Assembly (NCBI GenBank): GCA_051362555.1 | Contig: CM120647.1 | Coordinates: 9,176,001 to 9,240,000 of the forward strand | Reading direction: 5' to 3' | Source: Lingula anatina | Taxonomy: Eukaryota; Animalia; Brachiopoda | DNA length: 64,000 nt | In this document: positions 39,001-54,270 of the stretch, piece after piece | How positions within the stretch are numbered: position 1 is the stretch's first letter | Layout: every line of letters begins with the position of its first letter | Position numbers and translations under genes: made by a program | The notes under the pieces: generated by a model | Database searches by the model: none | Told to the model about the DNA's origin: nothing | Seen by the model: the letters and a program-made list of their open reading frames with translations, nothing else

Positions 39001-42000
39001 ACCTTGTCTCGACTTTCCTGTTTGATATTGGTGATATAGGTAGAAATACAAGTGTAAGTTAGGTGCCTGGAGGAAAAAGGATAAGGAAGGAGAAATACTG
39101 TGTACTAGTAATGATCTATGTGTAGCTTTTTTTTTTCCACTTATGAAACACGAGCACAGACCTAATAGCGTGATGGCTGCAGGTGAAATGCAATGTTAGA
39201 AAGGAAAAATCCTTATCAGGATGGGAAAAGGAATTATTGGAATGGAGAAATCTGTGGAATGACACATATATGATTCAAATGTAATTTTTTTTATACACCT
39301 ACAATACAGTATGCTGAAAACTATTCAGAATGATCGGACATTTGGACCGACAGTAATGAAAAATTTGCCGTACTGAATGGATTTTTGTCGAACCAAAAAT
39401 CACCCTTATGCGTTTGATACAGATACTACCAGTATTATTAGGGTAGCTTTCTTTGTTTGTGAATGTGATAGGTTTGAAATGGAAAGGAAAAATGCTTTGG
39501 GTCTTATATAATTTCATTAGTGAAGTATGTCGAATGATGGCTGTGAATTCAAAATTGCGGCTCTTAAAACTCCTTTGGAACAAATTTTTTACCGGTCCAG
39601 ACAAATTTTGTTGGTGTGGCATGATAGACCAGTTCCGTGACCAAATCGTTCTGCACATGCGCATTAAGGGTAGATTGCAAGAAGGAACTTCAGGTATGAC
39701 GATGTCGTCATACGTTTGCACTGAACTATGATCTTTCAATTCATAATTCAGTGGTTTTCATCATGAGAAAGTATGTATTTGATAATCTTATAACTCTGCG
39801 GGGTAATGTTGGAAATGAGCTTTTGATCGTGACTGAACTGTTTTGCTCTGTGAGAAAAACGTAGTAGATCTAAGACTCACAGTATAAGTGTTTTCACTCT
39901 ACAATGTTCTTTCAATTCAGAGTTAAGTAATTTTCGTCAAAAGAAATAGTATGTTTGATAATAATATAACTTTCTCTATGGGAAAATGTTGGAAATGCAT
40001 GAGCAGCTACATACTGTAAGTCAACCGACAGTTTCAGCATGTCTGCAGTAGCTCAAAACAAGTGACATTACAGCGTATGATTTATGGTTTCATAATCAGA
40101 AAAGGGAAAATTCTTTGAAATAATCTACAAATTTGATTTTTTTCCCCCCCAACAAAATAGCAACCCGTTCTGCTTTTTGTGAGAAAATAAATCTACAGAC
40201 ATGGGATGAGCATACTGCTCTCTAAGCCAGCTTTATTATGGACTTCAGTAAATGAATATTATACTACCTGGAGGTCAGTCCATTGGCTGGAGTAATATGT
40301 ATCGGTCAGTTTTTATCATCTCCACAATATCCACAGTTAATGCGCACTGCAGTGCATAAAAATGACCACTTAAAGCTGACCATGCCGGATGCGCGGGTAT
40401 TATATTATAGACATAAAACACTGCCAGAAGAAAGAGCAGTCAGTGCTTCATATGAGAGTTTTTTATGGCATTTATGAAGTGCATGAAACATGTGTTGTAC
40501 AGTTTAGCTAGGTCCTCAGGACGTTGATTTTCTCTCCCTGTTAGCAGCAGAAGGCTGAATTCACATACCTACATCCATCTATCAGGATCGACCCATCTCT
40601 GAGGGGATTCTGGTTTGGTGTGTTAGGAATGTCCAGTTAAAGTGACCCATCAGTTTTTAAGAAAAAAAGTCATGGGAAGTATTTTGAAGCCTAATAACTA
40701 TAATTTGAAGTGTGTCTTACTGATATGAATTGAGGTGGTCAGTTCAAGTAGCTATCCTGGAAGCAAGACAATTATAGAAAGTTGCAATACATGAGTGTAT
40801 GTGTGTGAGTGTGTTTATGTGTGTGTGCACGCACGTATGTGTCACTGTTGGCATGTGTGTGTTACGAAGGAAAAACGCGACATTGTTCTAATATGGACTA
40901 AACTGTTCAAAACCAAATTCACGGTCAGTGCAAGTAGGAAATGAACAACTGTAGCAGCAACTAAATTTTATAACAGAGCAGTGTTGTTTATGTATGTGTG
41001 GATGCTTGCTTTTGTGCATGTATAGCATTTTCACAGTGTGCCCACTGGATCAAGATGGTAGAAAAATGCCCACTCTAAATTTTGGTCATGTGCGCTGCTG
41101 CTTTATCGCACTCTGGCCATCAAAACTTCACACTAACAGTTGAGCCTATTGTACACCTTAAGGTGACCGGAATGTACGGATTGCGAATTGCCGCGCTCTT
41201 CTGAAGTGACAGATGGACTTTTAATGAGCTTTAGACACTGACCAACAGACGCAAGAAAAAAGAAACATAAAAAGCGATATTAGGGAGCAATCCAGCTGTT
41301 TTTGTAAGCCTTTGTTGTGGAGGGTTTGGAGGTTACGTAATGAGCTATTCATCGGACTGGTCGAGTGGTTATAACTGGAGGAAATAAGAGCAAAAAGTGC
41401 TGCATTATAATTTCTCTGCAGCTGTTTCTTGCAATAGAATGAAAAAAAACTGGGTGGGGGATAAATCAACTTGGGCCTGTGTTTGACTATGGCCTCTGCT
41501 GGTACAGCTGATAACAATAGATATATGAAATGAAATGTAAAAAGCACATGAATAGATTGCTAAGAAAGACAACAAGGAAGGTAACATGCAAGGAAAAATG
41601 ATTTGATTTTATCTTCTGAAGGTTACATAAGATGAAATTGCTTTTTGACAGTTACTTATACAACTGGGGTTTAAAATATAAAAGAAAAAAAAAGGAAGAA
41701 GATGAGACTGCGTCATTATCTCCGGAAGCTCTCCAGTCTTTGTAGTCCCAAGTTTTAGGTTATGTAAGTTGTTATTGCCTGTGGGGTAGCCACAATGGGG
41801 TTAAAATGCCCGTCTTTGTGCTATAGAAATGACCAGTGCTATTGTGGCCATTTGGGAGGAATTGAAGACTGGACCTATAGAGGTCTGCAATGTTTGGGAC
41901 ATACCACAAAAAAAAAAAAAATAAAATAAAAAATAAATAAATAAATAAATAAAATAAAAAAAATAAATAAATTGAATAAAATAAAAAATTATAATAATTG

Positions 42001-44110
42001 AGACGCTAAAAGTGGGATGCATTATTTTGCAGATAAAAAAATGAATGGAACAAATTTTAATGGATGAAATGATAAATGATTAAGAAATGACATGAAAATG
42101 TAAAAAGACAAGAATATTCCACAAAAAGGTTTCAGTTCTGTTTTATGTTTTATAGTAATTATTATTAATTAATTAATTTATTTCCTTTTTTTTGGGGTGG
42201 TAGGGGGCATATATGTGAAAGTACAGAAACTTTTTACACACAGAGTAATTATGCAGGGGTTGGAAGGGGGAATTAATAGTAACCCTGCTGCCATGGACAC
42301 AGATTGCAGATCTTGAAAGAAAGAAAGAAAGAAAGAGAGAAAGAAAAGGGGACACAAGTACTGGCAATCTGAAGGGTTAAAAGGCAGGATTTTAGCCAGT
42401 AAGAGGAGCTCCAAATGGATGAGTTAAGTTTTAATAAAAGTTCTTTTGTCATGCGAGTGCTGATGTACTTAAACTTGTCAGCTTAAAACGTGGGAGGGCC
42501 ATTGGGTGATAGGGCCAATTGTTATAAAGACTCTCTTCAAGACTGGAAGAAGTATTTTTAGTAAGAATAAGCTAATATCGATACATTTAAGGTGTTTCTA
42601 AAATTATAGGTGATATAAAAAAAAAGATGATGAAATAGTTTGACGAAAATGCAGATGAATTAAGTAAGAAGAATAAAATTAGTACTGATAAGCAAATTGA
42701 TTTATGTAAAGAATCTATTAAATAATAAAACAAAAGAGTTGAAATAAAAAAAGTAGATACATAACTGAGAAAAAAATCAAAAAGAAGTCCTTAAAATGAA
42801 TAAAGGTATTAACTTATTTAGTAAATAATGGTAAGGAAATTACAGAAAGAGTGGTAGTATAGGAGAAAAGGGAGAAAGCAGTTAATTGCTGAAAAGCAGC
42901 CTCCCTCCTCCACCCCCAATATTTTGTAATTTGAAGTAGAATGTTAAAAAGAAATGAAATACCCACAAGTTTCCAAACAAAATAGGGATCAGAGTTCAAA
43001 GATTGACTGCATTAAAGCTATATTGGGTCTGGGCCTGCTATTTTGGAGCAATGGGAGTCTATTTTGTACATTCACAGTTTTATGTATAGAAATGACTCCC
43101 AAGGTATTAGTACCTATACCTACATGTAGTGTACATTATAGATGAAGTAGTTTTTCACAATTTCAGCTGCTCTCTATTTTGAATCTCCCTAGAAATGGGC
43201 CGGAGGTTATATTATCAATGGGGCCAGTTCACACTCGACTGCTATGGCCTGGAACTAATGAGATCCAAACGACGTCAGTCTGTCAGCTTATTGGGGGCCT
43301 TTGGAAATTGTTACTTTGTGATTCCTCTAATTGGGAATAGCGTAACAAATTGTTTTGATGCTGTGTGGGTAAGCACTTGATTACAATTTGTGCTATTTAC
43401 GTCAGTTGGATCAAATCTGATTCGGTCCATTATCTCCCACGTCTGAACATAACGACAGAGGCATTACTAATATACGACTTGCATTATTCGTCTCGTTTTC
43501 GATATTGAGCGCAATGCATTGTGGGTAAAGTTGGACCCATCTTGCGTTGCCGCCATTTCTGTACACAGAAATAAAATGCCTCTCGGCGGTTCTATGTGTT
43601 TTGTGCCTGTTTGTTTCAACAATACGGAGCGAGATCGAAATTTTTCATTTAATGCTTTCCCCAAGGACCCAAAAAAGAGAGGTATATGGATTGACAATAT
43701 TGGACGAGCGGGAAATGAAGGCAAATTTAGTAAGTTCGAGCCCGCCAAGCATCACCGTGTGTGTAGTGCTCATTTTGAAGGAGGGAATAAATCGTATTTG
43801 GGTGGGAGACCAACTATATTTTCACTCAAGAAATCGAAGATTTGAAAGCCCCGAAAAAATGATTAGACATTTAACTGTTGAAAACTCTGAGACAAATTTT
43901 AGTGAACCTGGCGGCAAGTGAGATGTTGAACAGCGAGGACGAAAATGGCTTCTCAAATACAGACCACGATGCCTACAGCATTCTATCAGATGCAGGCTCA
44001 GATGCGCTTTTAACGACAGTTAAGGAAAAACAACATATTATTTTCAGTATGGAACAGAAAATCTGATCTTTAGAAATTGAACTTTCGGAAACAAGAGTGG
44101 AATTACAACG

Positions 44111-44160
<50 letters not shown>

Positions 44161-46884
44161 TGCATAAAGAAATAGTGTGACAGAGAAAAAGGACATAAAA
44201 TGCTGGAACAACTGTCCAAAGCACATGAGGAAGTTGACAAACACACTTTCAGCATAAAGTCTATGCACAACAAACCTGAAATAGTTTAATTTTACATCGG
44301 TCTTGAAACCTACGAGGAATTAAAAATTTTCATGACTTTTTATACCCTGACATTACCTCAGTATAAAAAATGGCATGAAAACTGTCATGTGAAACTTTGG
44401 TTTGATTTCGCAGCAAGGTTAAAGCTGGTTTTAGTTTTACTTTGGTTTTAGAGTATTGTTATCGACATTACTTAGACCTGAGTAAAACTAAAACCAGGTT
44501 TAAACCTGACTGTGAAGGAGTATTGAATGGTATATTACTTATGCAAATAACAAAAAAGAGAACACTTTTACCAAATATCTCATTTTTATTATCACAATGC
44601 ACTTGAACATATCTAGAAAATGTTTAAAACATTGCATTTTAAAACGAATCAGAAATATCGTAAGGTACCTTGGAAAGATATTTCCAAGGCAACATCATTG
44701 GTTTTATTATGCAAAATAAAAATGTGAAACGAAATATTGAATTGTATTTATTAATAGGCAAATATAAAAAAAAAACGGTTTGGGCATTCCCTTCAAGGAC
44801 TTGGTCCATTCTCCACGGTCTAGATTCAAACTTCAATCTGGTAGGTCTACTTCTAATTTTCTCTGCCGTCTGGATCCAATATTTTGTTTCTCTCTCTAGC
44901 CTCACTGTACAGTTTTCACCTATAAAACAAGTAAAACATTTAATAGTCATGAAAATAATTATTAAAGTCATCATCAACACATCTATAACAGTGATTTATT
45001 TACATACATACATATTAGACTGATGACAAAACAGAAAATTGACATGACTAGTCTTATTTTTGTAACCGAAATCTACCTGGATACACAACAGAAAGATAAT
45101 GAAGAAGAAACAAATGATAGATGCACTGATATTGACAGTGAGCTTGTACTACATGTAATAAGGCCTACCTGTACAGTGCACTAGCCCACCTCAGAGATTG
45201 TATCAGATAACTGCTTGAACCAGGTGACAAATTTATCTCCCCAATAAATGACTCAGGTGAACATAATTACATAATGACCACACTAGGGTTTTGTATTTGG
45301 TCTTGTATTTAAAATAATATCGTGTAACATACCTTTTTAATGGCTCTTCTTTTTTGCCTGATGTGCGGGCATTCCTACATTTTAACCAACTTTTCAACTC
45401 CGGCACCGTTGTCGCCTCAAATGGCTTGTTTAATATCGCCCCCGGCATGTCTTATGCTTCCATCATGTGTTCCTATCGCTGTCAACAACGCTTCCGGTAC
45501 TATTTTGACCCCTGCAGTGCACAATTCCGGTCATGCGCACATCGCACCTTTCGAATAATGCAAGTCGTATATAGTTATTGATCACTAGATGCTGTTGGAG
45601 TGTACATTAACAGTGGATGAGCTGTTGTAGATAATGTAGCAAGACTCCAGAAAAAAAAAAGACGAAAAAAAGGCTCTTCCTTACCATTTGCATCTCCTAT
45701 TACAACTTTTCTCCTCTTTGATAATTTATTTTTGAATCCAAAAGAAAAGAGTTAGAAAAATGAACATTAGGGCCCCATCTTGGCTTTCTTGTGGATTACA
45801 AAGAGGAAAAAAGATACGGCAAAATGTTTTTTTGCGGGTGACATGTTTTCTGTTATTATCACGCATCCTTTAAGGACACCCAACTTCTTATAAATTACAA
45901 CGAGGAAAAAAGATACGGCAGAATGTGTTTTTGCAGGTGACATGTTTTCTGTTATTATCACGCATCCTTAAAGGACACCCATCTTTGTCATCTCATTCAA
46001 AGAAAACAAAAAAAGCTCAATCTTTGTTTGCGATAAAAGCTGTTGTAATTTAACTCTCCAGGCAGTCCTGGTTCAGCATTGTGTACAACAAGGAAAATGT
46101 CATTATATATATAACAAGTGCTGCAAGAGAATTGCTCTCCATATCTCTTTGCAAATGTGCACTTTTTTTTTGCACTAACCATTTTCTCAATACTGGTTCA
46201 GGTACTTCAGGTTCCTGTTTGAAATGTGTATTTAATGTATTTTTTTTCTTTTTTTCCTGAGTGATACATACTCCCTTATTTCTGTTTTCTTCATAGATTT
46301 TGGTGAATCAAGATGTTTATATGACTGCGACAGAATTTAAATTTTCATTTTGCATAATCAGAAAGAAAAATATTGATTATAAGTAAAATATTTATTATTT
46401 ATAAATTAAAGATGGAATGTTGGAAATTCTTTCCATCCCGATTTCTGATTTTATACACACCCACAGTTGTTGATTTAGACCCGATTTCAGTCACCAGTGT
46501 GAACACACCATTTTCATCGTTTTAGACCCGATTTAAGTCACCAGTGTAAACACACCATTTTCATTGTTTTAGACCCGATTTAAGTCACCAGTGTGAACAT
46601 GCCATTTCCTTGGCAACATATTCTAGAACAAAAGCAAATGATCTTCACGATTCCCGAAGGAAATTGTTGTCACAGTTTACAATGTGCCATTTCCTGTTGC
46701 TGATAGACATCAGGAGGCAAAGACCATACTGTACCATACTGTACGATACTGTAAGGAAAAACATGATACACTGAAGAAATTTAATGTGACAAGATGAGTT
46801 GTTGCAGGGGAGGGTGAGGGATTTGTTTCCAGAATGTGTTCTTTTTTAGGTGTGTTGTAGTGTATGGGGAAGCTTGTGTATGTG

Positions 46885-46946
<62 letters not shown>

Positions 46947-49523
46947 AAAATCAAAATGAAAGTGAATTTACAGAAATCTGAGATCTTTTGGTACAAAGTA
47001 TTTGAAAAACACAATCTGTTTCAGTGCAATTCTATCCAACAACATCCCGCCAAGGCTTTATTGAAAAATAAACGGGCTTTTAAATTGCTCCGTCCAGTTA
47101 AAGCAATCCCCTATTACCAGTCAAAAGTTCCAGACATTTTTACGCTTTAACCACTTACAGCTGGCAGTGTCTTTGTTGCATTCTCACTAACCCCGATAGA
47201 TAACATTGATACGTTTCTGAAATATGGACATTAAAAGGATACGAGATACATACGGCCTTTATGTACCCTTATCATTCATGGATGAGGGTTATGGGATGTC
47301 GGCTGTCAAAGGTTTTTAGATTGAACTCTAGTTTAGTATTTTTTTTTTTTTACATCTAAATTCACTCTCTATCTCTCAAAACCTTACACGCACACAGATT
47401 CACATACATGCTCACACATGCACATGTTTTTGTCGCCAGACATATAGCACGCAGCTTCCACCACAGTTTCTTTTATATGAACTGTGGGGACCCTGAACTG
47501 GTGCATTGTTCTGGTTGAGCAGAAATTCCGTGAAGGGTTTTATGGAGGGAAAGTCTCCTTCAGAAAGCATTGTACATTAGTAAACAATTACACCTCAAGG
47601 AGGCTTTCTCGTATTAGGTTTAGTTTTTTTTTTACGACTGCAACTTATGATCAAAATATAACATGCAATGAAATATGTAATATATCCTTTAATGAAAACT
47701 TTGTTTTTATTTTGATCAAAGTGTTAAGAATATATCAACAAGACATAGCATTTAGCGAAGAACACTCATGTGACGCTTGGACTTTAACGACGTAATGTAC
47801 CCACTTATGACTTTTTTTCGCAAACTCTGTGATATGTTTATTGAGACACTTCCTCTCAAAAACTCATATGGTGAGTAGAGTTTGTTTTTAAATTTATATC
47901 AAAATCACTAGGTCAGAAATGGTGTTTCTTAGTATGAGAGTGCCACCTTAAAATTTGATTCTACAGGGAATCGGCACCGGAGACATTTATGTACAACAGG
48001 TGTGGTGCTCTGCGCTATCTGATTAGAAAAGTATATGAGGGTCAAACATTTTTTTTGTCACCCCCTCGTATAAATTGCATCTGCCTGCTGCCAGTGGAAT
48101 AGTGATGGAACAACAATGGCTTAAACTGCTAGCTGCAAAACCCTGACATGCAAAGAGATATATATCTGTAAATCAGATTATCTTACACAAGATGACATTT
48201 TGTGGCGTTTCCAAAGCCGCGGATATGCATTATGGTTTCCCTGGTTTTCTTGGCCTGGTGTCACTAAACAATTTGAAACCAAATGGTGGTCTTGACATTT
48301 TCTGCTTGGAACTTGCTGCGTTTATTCTTGGAAATGAAGGAGTTCTAACAGAAAGATGTAATAAGTTTGTTTATGTCGAGGCGTTTCTGACCAGTTGAAG
48401 TGATCTTATGCAAGTTTTCAAAGGTCACAACATTGGGCGAATAGGAGACAGAGGCACGGGCACACATGTTCAGTGTTCACACACATTTGTTCCCGTCAGT
48501 GCATGCATACACATGCAAGAACATGTGTTCATTTACATGGAAACATAAGCATAAAGATAGACATGTGCATCCGTGTGCACACACAATCTCTTTCTCATTC
48601 TCTCTCTCTCTCCTCTCCCTTTTCCATATACATACCCGCTCTCTCTCTCTCTCTTTCACTCTCACTCTCTCTCTCTCTTACATACACACACACACACACA
48701 CACATTCTCTACAAAGAGTGCTGGTTTTCAGTACTGGCAGGCCTCTGCATTCCTCTTCATGTGGGGCCCCCATATCTCTGTGTCATATATAACAATGGAG
48801 ATTAAAGCAAAAAGCAAAGCAACCATAACCCACATAGGAACAACCATATAAATCTGCAGTATTCAACTCTTTACCACAAACCACGAGGCCCATTGTTGTT
48901 GTTTTGTGTTATGCCGTATTAAAAGCCACAAGGTCCAGAATGCTGTGGCTATTTTTATCAGCTGCCCCAATTGGAATCTAAATATGTGCAGAAAAATACA
49001 TGTGCATGTTTTAAAGTAGAATGAAATACTATATGGGGTTAGTGGAAGCAATCTTTGGTTTTGTTCAGCACTTTGTTATGTGAGTGACAGCCTTCGGTCT
49101 ACTGTGCACAGTTGTCTCCAATGGGACATATTTGAGTGAATATATTTACAGGGGCAGATCTGGAGATATTTTTCATACAGTCTTCCAAGTTATCTTTGTG
49201 GATCCATCCATCCTCCATTTTTGACCGTCTTCCGACATAAAAATTAGATACCCAACAATGCAAACTTGAACAATTCTGACCGTCTTCCATAAGACCCAGA
49301 AGATGGCTTCTGTCCACCCCTGATTTATACCCAATATTTTGTGAAGAATTTGCAAACAAGTTTGATTTTGATTCTGTGATTTTGATTTTGACATATGTGT
49401 CAAGTGAAAGAGGGATTTATTTAAATTTATTAGCCTTACTGGTGGCAGATGTCTGAGAGTGCAGTGAGGATGTGTTTGTACAGAAGTTTCAAAAATTTGT
49501 TGGATGAAAAGAGGCAATTAGTT

Positions 49524-49559
<36 letters not shown>

Positions 49560-52500
49560 TGTGTGTGTAATTGTAACATGGGTCTGTGTTTACAACCATT
49601 TGAGCCTACTTGCCCATTCTGAAAGGACTGGAAGCCAAAACAGAAACCAGCAACTAAACTTCTAAATTTACAAAATTTTACTTCTGGGCCTGGCCCAAAT
49701 TTTTACTGGCACACGTCCAGTGGCCCAATTGTAATGCCCTGCACTACCCATGTGTGGACACATCAGTCTGCGTTTGTTCATGTTTGCCCCTAGATCATGG
49801 GCTGCATTACATGATCGCAGGAGGCCATATTGTGCAGTCGGTGTGAAGATATTGTGTAGATATTTGTATAGCGTGTATGGCTGTGTAGTGTAATATGGAC
49901 GGGTTATCTTGGGTCAACTATTGAGCCACGGCAGTATTCATAAGAGAAGAGGGCCACAGTATCTTTTAAGGACTGTAGAAGTCTGAAAATTGGCTTTAAA
50001 ACTTCCAGACTGATCATATTGCCCCAAATCAGTTGAAAATAAATCCATAGTGTTGTCAGGACGTTATGAGATTTAAAAAATGGCGTTAATCCGGTTCAAT
50101 AGGTGTGACGGCCTTTTGCTTTCATCATGTGTTGTAACCGTGGCAGTGACCAGGTCATGAACTGAAGTGGCCAGTTGACCAAGTAGCCCCTTGGTTTATA
50201 ATGTAAATAAAACCAGGTATGATATCATTATGGCATGATAAGGTAAGAGTACGGAAAAACATGGTGATTAAGATGGACGAGTGGTGGAAATGGTGACGAT
50301 AAGGTGCCATCTTTATAATTTTTTTCTAAAGGTGAAGGGGTAAATTGTATGATTTTGTGAAGAGACTATGTTTAAATTGTATGAGGGTTGGATTGCAGTG
50401 AATAATGCATTTAATACGTAGGGTTCATTGATCATTGTGATTGTATATACCTTGCATGGCGGTGGCCTATGTCGCATTGGCTATGTTGTGCACTGTTGAT
50501 ATTGTGTAATTGGAAATATGATGATTTGAGCGGATGTAGTGACAGATAGTTAATAAATTACTTTGAGCTGCAGTGCACAGACACTGTTTAAATTGCGTTT
50601 GCAATGCATAAGTGATGCCCAGCTTTTACTACATTATACATTCAAGTGCATGGTTTCTATATGATATAGCCATTGAGTTCAGTGTTTTGACTGCGGTCAG
50701 ATTGTATTTGCAGTGAATGATGATAATTAATGACTGGTCAGTCTGTTTAAGCCTTGCTTAATGGTGACTTATGCCACGTGGTATTGTACAGTTGAAGTTG
50801 TTTAATGGACTGGAAAGATAGAGGTTAAAGGGTTTCCTTCATGCCGTCAGAATGGCCTGAACGGAACATATTCTTCAGAAAACATGCCCAACTAACGAAA
50901 TCTTTATCCAAATACACAAATTAAAAGCTCATTTTGTAAATTTTTGGCTTTAAAAAACGTCCTATTTGCTCGGCCTGGGAGTTAATGAGCTACGTGGTCA
51001 CGTGGTCCAATGACGACAATCGAGCCACTGGAGAACAGAGCGTGCTTAGCTGTCAAACTGAGCTGCATTGTCTACCTGTAAGATGCCTTCTCTGGCTTCT
51101 GATAAAAGTTTATACTCATTCAAATCTCTTACCCGAGGGGTCAAAATCCTCGTGAAGCTGTGTAAAACCATTTCCCGTCTAGTCATTTCTTTAACAAGCA
51201 TTTCATTATGGTTATCCCAAGTTGTATAAAACACTGCATTTGAATGAGTTAAGGGAAATGTTGATTATTGCATATGAGGTCCATGTTATTTGTGAAATTC
51301 AATTTATTTTATTAAACCGCTGACACTCCGTCTTGCATACTTTTATTAAACTGAGGTAAACAATGCCCGTTACCTTTACAAGTCCTATCTTAATCATCCA
51401 TCTAACTGGAACTTCCTTTACCTCTTAATTAGAGGGTTAAATGGCATTCAATTTGTCTTGCTTGTATCGAACGCACTCTCTATCTAAGCTTTACTCCAGT
51501 TATCTCAGGTAAAAATCTACCTGTGCGTTAGTTACAAAGCGCAGCTCCCGTAGACCTGGGGGTACTAGATAAAATCTGAACACCAGGTTTACCGAGGAGC
51601 TAGAGAAAGAAAGGAAGAATTTTTCCTGCACAACTTCATAGGAATTTTAACACGGACTTGATCCAGCTTAGACCTCCAAACTAACAGGGTGACATGGGCA
51701 ATTTTCACAAACAAATCATAAAACTATATTTCAGTTAACCGCCTTTAAAATAAATATACCGTTCTGGGTAAATTAAAATAGTTATTAAATCGCAAGAATA
51801 TTTTTGACTTAAATGATGATTTTATTATTAATGGAAATTAAGCTACTATATGAGGTACATTTGCTGTGATTACGCTGTCCTGTTATTACCTGGCTTGGGA
51901 ATTGCAGCGGTGCATAATTAACAGGTTCTTGTAAACGAGCTTTTGGTCAACTACAATGCATTTAAAATGCATCAGCAATCAGTAAGTTTGCCAACTGATG
52001 ACAGTTAATCTGAAAGACTACCAGCTCTTGATATGATCTAAACCACCTGAGGTGACCATGATCTAGAGCATCGCAACTATTGTCACCGAAGTTAGTAAGT
52101 AAGTCACGGAAGACCGTCACAGACAAAGAAAGATTGTCAACGAGAGCTGCAATTTTGGTGAATCCCACGGCAACACACCGAGGCATAACGAAAATTCCTC
52201 AACTCCGTTCAACACAATTTTCCTTAACTTCTCCGTCACCATGCAGCTCAGTTGAGTCTCATAGACCTTTATCGTGATTGTCGTCACAGTACCACGTGAC
52301 CCAGATCTGTTGCTTCATTTTTGCATATTGAGGTGAGGTTTACTAAAACGCTTTTTTTCTACTAATAGATTGTTTTTATAATTTTTAAATGGCGGGGATC
52401 GATTAAAACATACCTCTAGTGTATAGATTGAGTGCTGTATCTTCAAAATTCGAGAAATGGATTTTTACATGAACATTGTCCTTTAAGAATATGAATCTGG

Positions 52501-54215
52501 GTCACATGACTTTCATGGCAGCTTCATAAGTTTGTTCCTCCCTTTTTGTGTGTGAAAGAAGGTCAAGACAATTGTTGGTTATTCTATGGATTGATAAAAT
52601 TTTGGAGTAAGTTCAGAGGAGGGGAGGGGAGAATTTTCCTCCAGTTTTTTGTTATTATCTCATCTTGTATTGTTTTAGAATGTGCGTAGGTGTGCCTTTG
52701 CAGTCACTGGTAGTGACGTTCTGACATAGTGACGCCATTGTCTCAAGCCTGTTAGAGAAATATTAGGCTGACTTGATAAATAACAGGGAAAAAATGTCAA
52801 GAACAAATATGATATCGAGTAGAAATGCCAAGAAATACGATATTGAAAAGAAAAAGTTGAGAACATATAGAATTGAGTAGAAATGTCAAATGTTATGATG
52901 TTGAAAAAAAAAATGCCAAGAACAAATAATATTGAAATAAAAAAAATGTCAAGAACATATGATATTGGAAAAAATGTAAAGAACATATGATATTGAAAAA
53001 AAAATGTCAAGAACATATGATGTTGAAAAAAATGTCAAGAACATATGATGCAAATTGACCTTTGCTAAATACCATCGCTGACACTTGTCAAAGTAATTGG
53101 CTTAGAAGTGTAGAAAATAATGTAAAAAATCCCAGATTCACCTTATTTAGCTGAAGTTAGTTGGTTTGTTATAATGCTATATATATACTAGGGGACTAAT
53201 TAAAATATCAAGAAGAATATCAAGACGAATTAGGACTGAAATGGTCTCTGGTGTCATATATACCTGTTGGAAGTGACTGGAAGTATTTGGGGGTAGATGG
53301 AAATTGTTTTGGAGGGATAAATCTGTAACCACTGCAGATAAAAATCACCAAAAATTGGTGTAGTCATTGACAAAGGTATGAAGACCTATCTGGTACAGCT
53401 GTATCGTTACAGGTCCCATTTGGCATTAGAATTTTTCTGTTATTAGCCAATGTAATAGAGAATCACAAGTTTTAACCAAAAGTGAAATTGTCACCCCCTA
53501 AATGACCATATTTAACATTGAAACAAATAGTGTCCATGTACATTACATGACAATATTTTAACCAAAAACAAGGTTTATATAATGATGCATTTTTTTTTTA
53601 TTTTTAGCCTGATTTTGACAAATGGGGTGAATAACCTTTAATAGTTTACAGTACTCACCATGTAGTGAAAATCTGAAATATAATGATGGAGTAGTTAAAA
53701 AAAAAAAGAAGACAATTTATTTAGCAGTAAATTGTATGGTGACAGGGGAACAATTTGGAACAAAGGATGGGTGGGGTGGGGGGCAGTACATCAAGAATTG
53801 TTCTATACGAGGCATGTGAGAGGCGTCATCTGTAAATAAGGGGTCATTAAGTACAGTTCACGTTGGTGCAGTTATAAAGACATGACAGCAGATGGTAAAT
53901 TTTATTAACGAGCGTATATCATGATAGTTCATTGGACTAATAAAAAAAGCATGTAGGAAGCATATTGTGAAAGTAGCTGTTAATCATGGCGATAAGGCAA
54001 GTTAATCTGCAGCAGTGACTGCTGTGCAGCGGTATGTGCTCCGTGTGCTTACGTAACCTTTATTTCCTAGAATTTATGCCTTGCATTATGAAAAAATAGA
54101 ATGAAATGATACTTAATATAATGACAGAAATTAGAACTAATGATATGTTGAGGGTGTTTTTTTTATGTGTGTGTGTGTGTGTGTTTGTGTCCATAAATGC
54201 ACAGTGCTGGTGTAT

Positions 54216-54270
<55 letters not shown>

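Larger units (their letters stand above)
43472..45570. mobile_element. Internally deleted ISL2EU/IS4EU-like DNA transposon with two convergent gene relics
   Basis: Perfect TIR ATACGACTTGCATTATTCG at 43472-43490 and 45552-45570, flanked by AT on both sides. THAP gene relic on plus, SAP-domain gene relic on minus. Confidence 0.82.

Noticed and set aside
39299-39739. 146-aa minus ORF and overlapping 92-aa plus ORF
   Set aside because: No recognisable motif or splice context. Probably a repeat-derived intronic stretch.
43519-43845. Host THAP transcription-factor gene
   Set aside because: It lies directly inside transposon TIRs and continues into a disrupted transposase. The DHDAY sequence does not fit the [DE]HxY HCF-1 motif spacing.
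47594-47951. Possible TTAA-type MITE (tcaaggaggctttctcgtatt / agtatgagagtgccaccttaa)
   Set aside because: The TIR is too degenerate and there is no clear second copy in the window.
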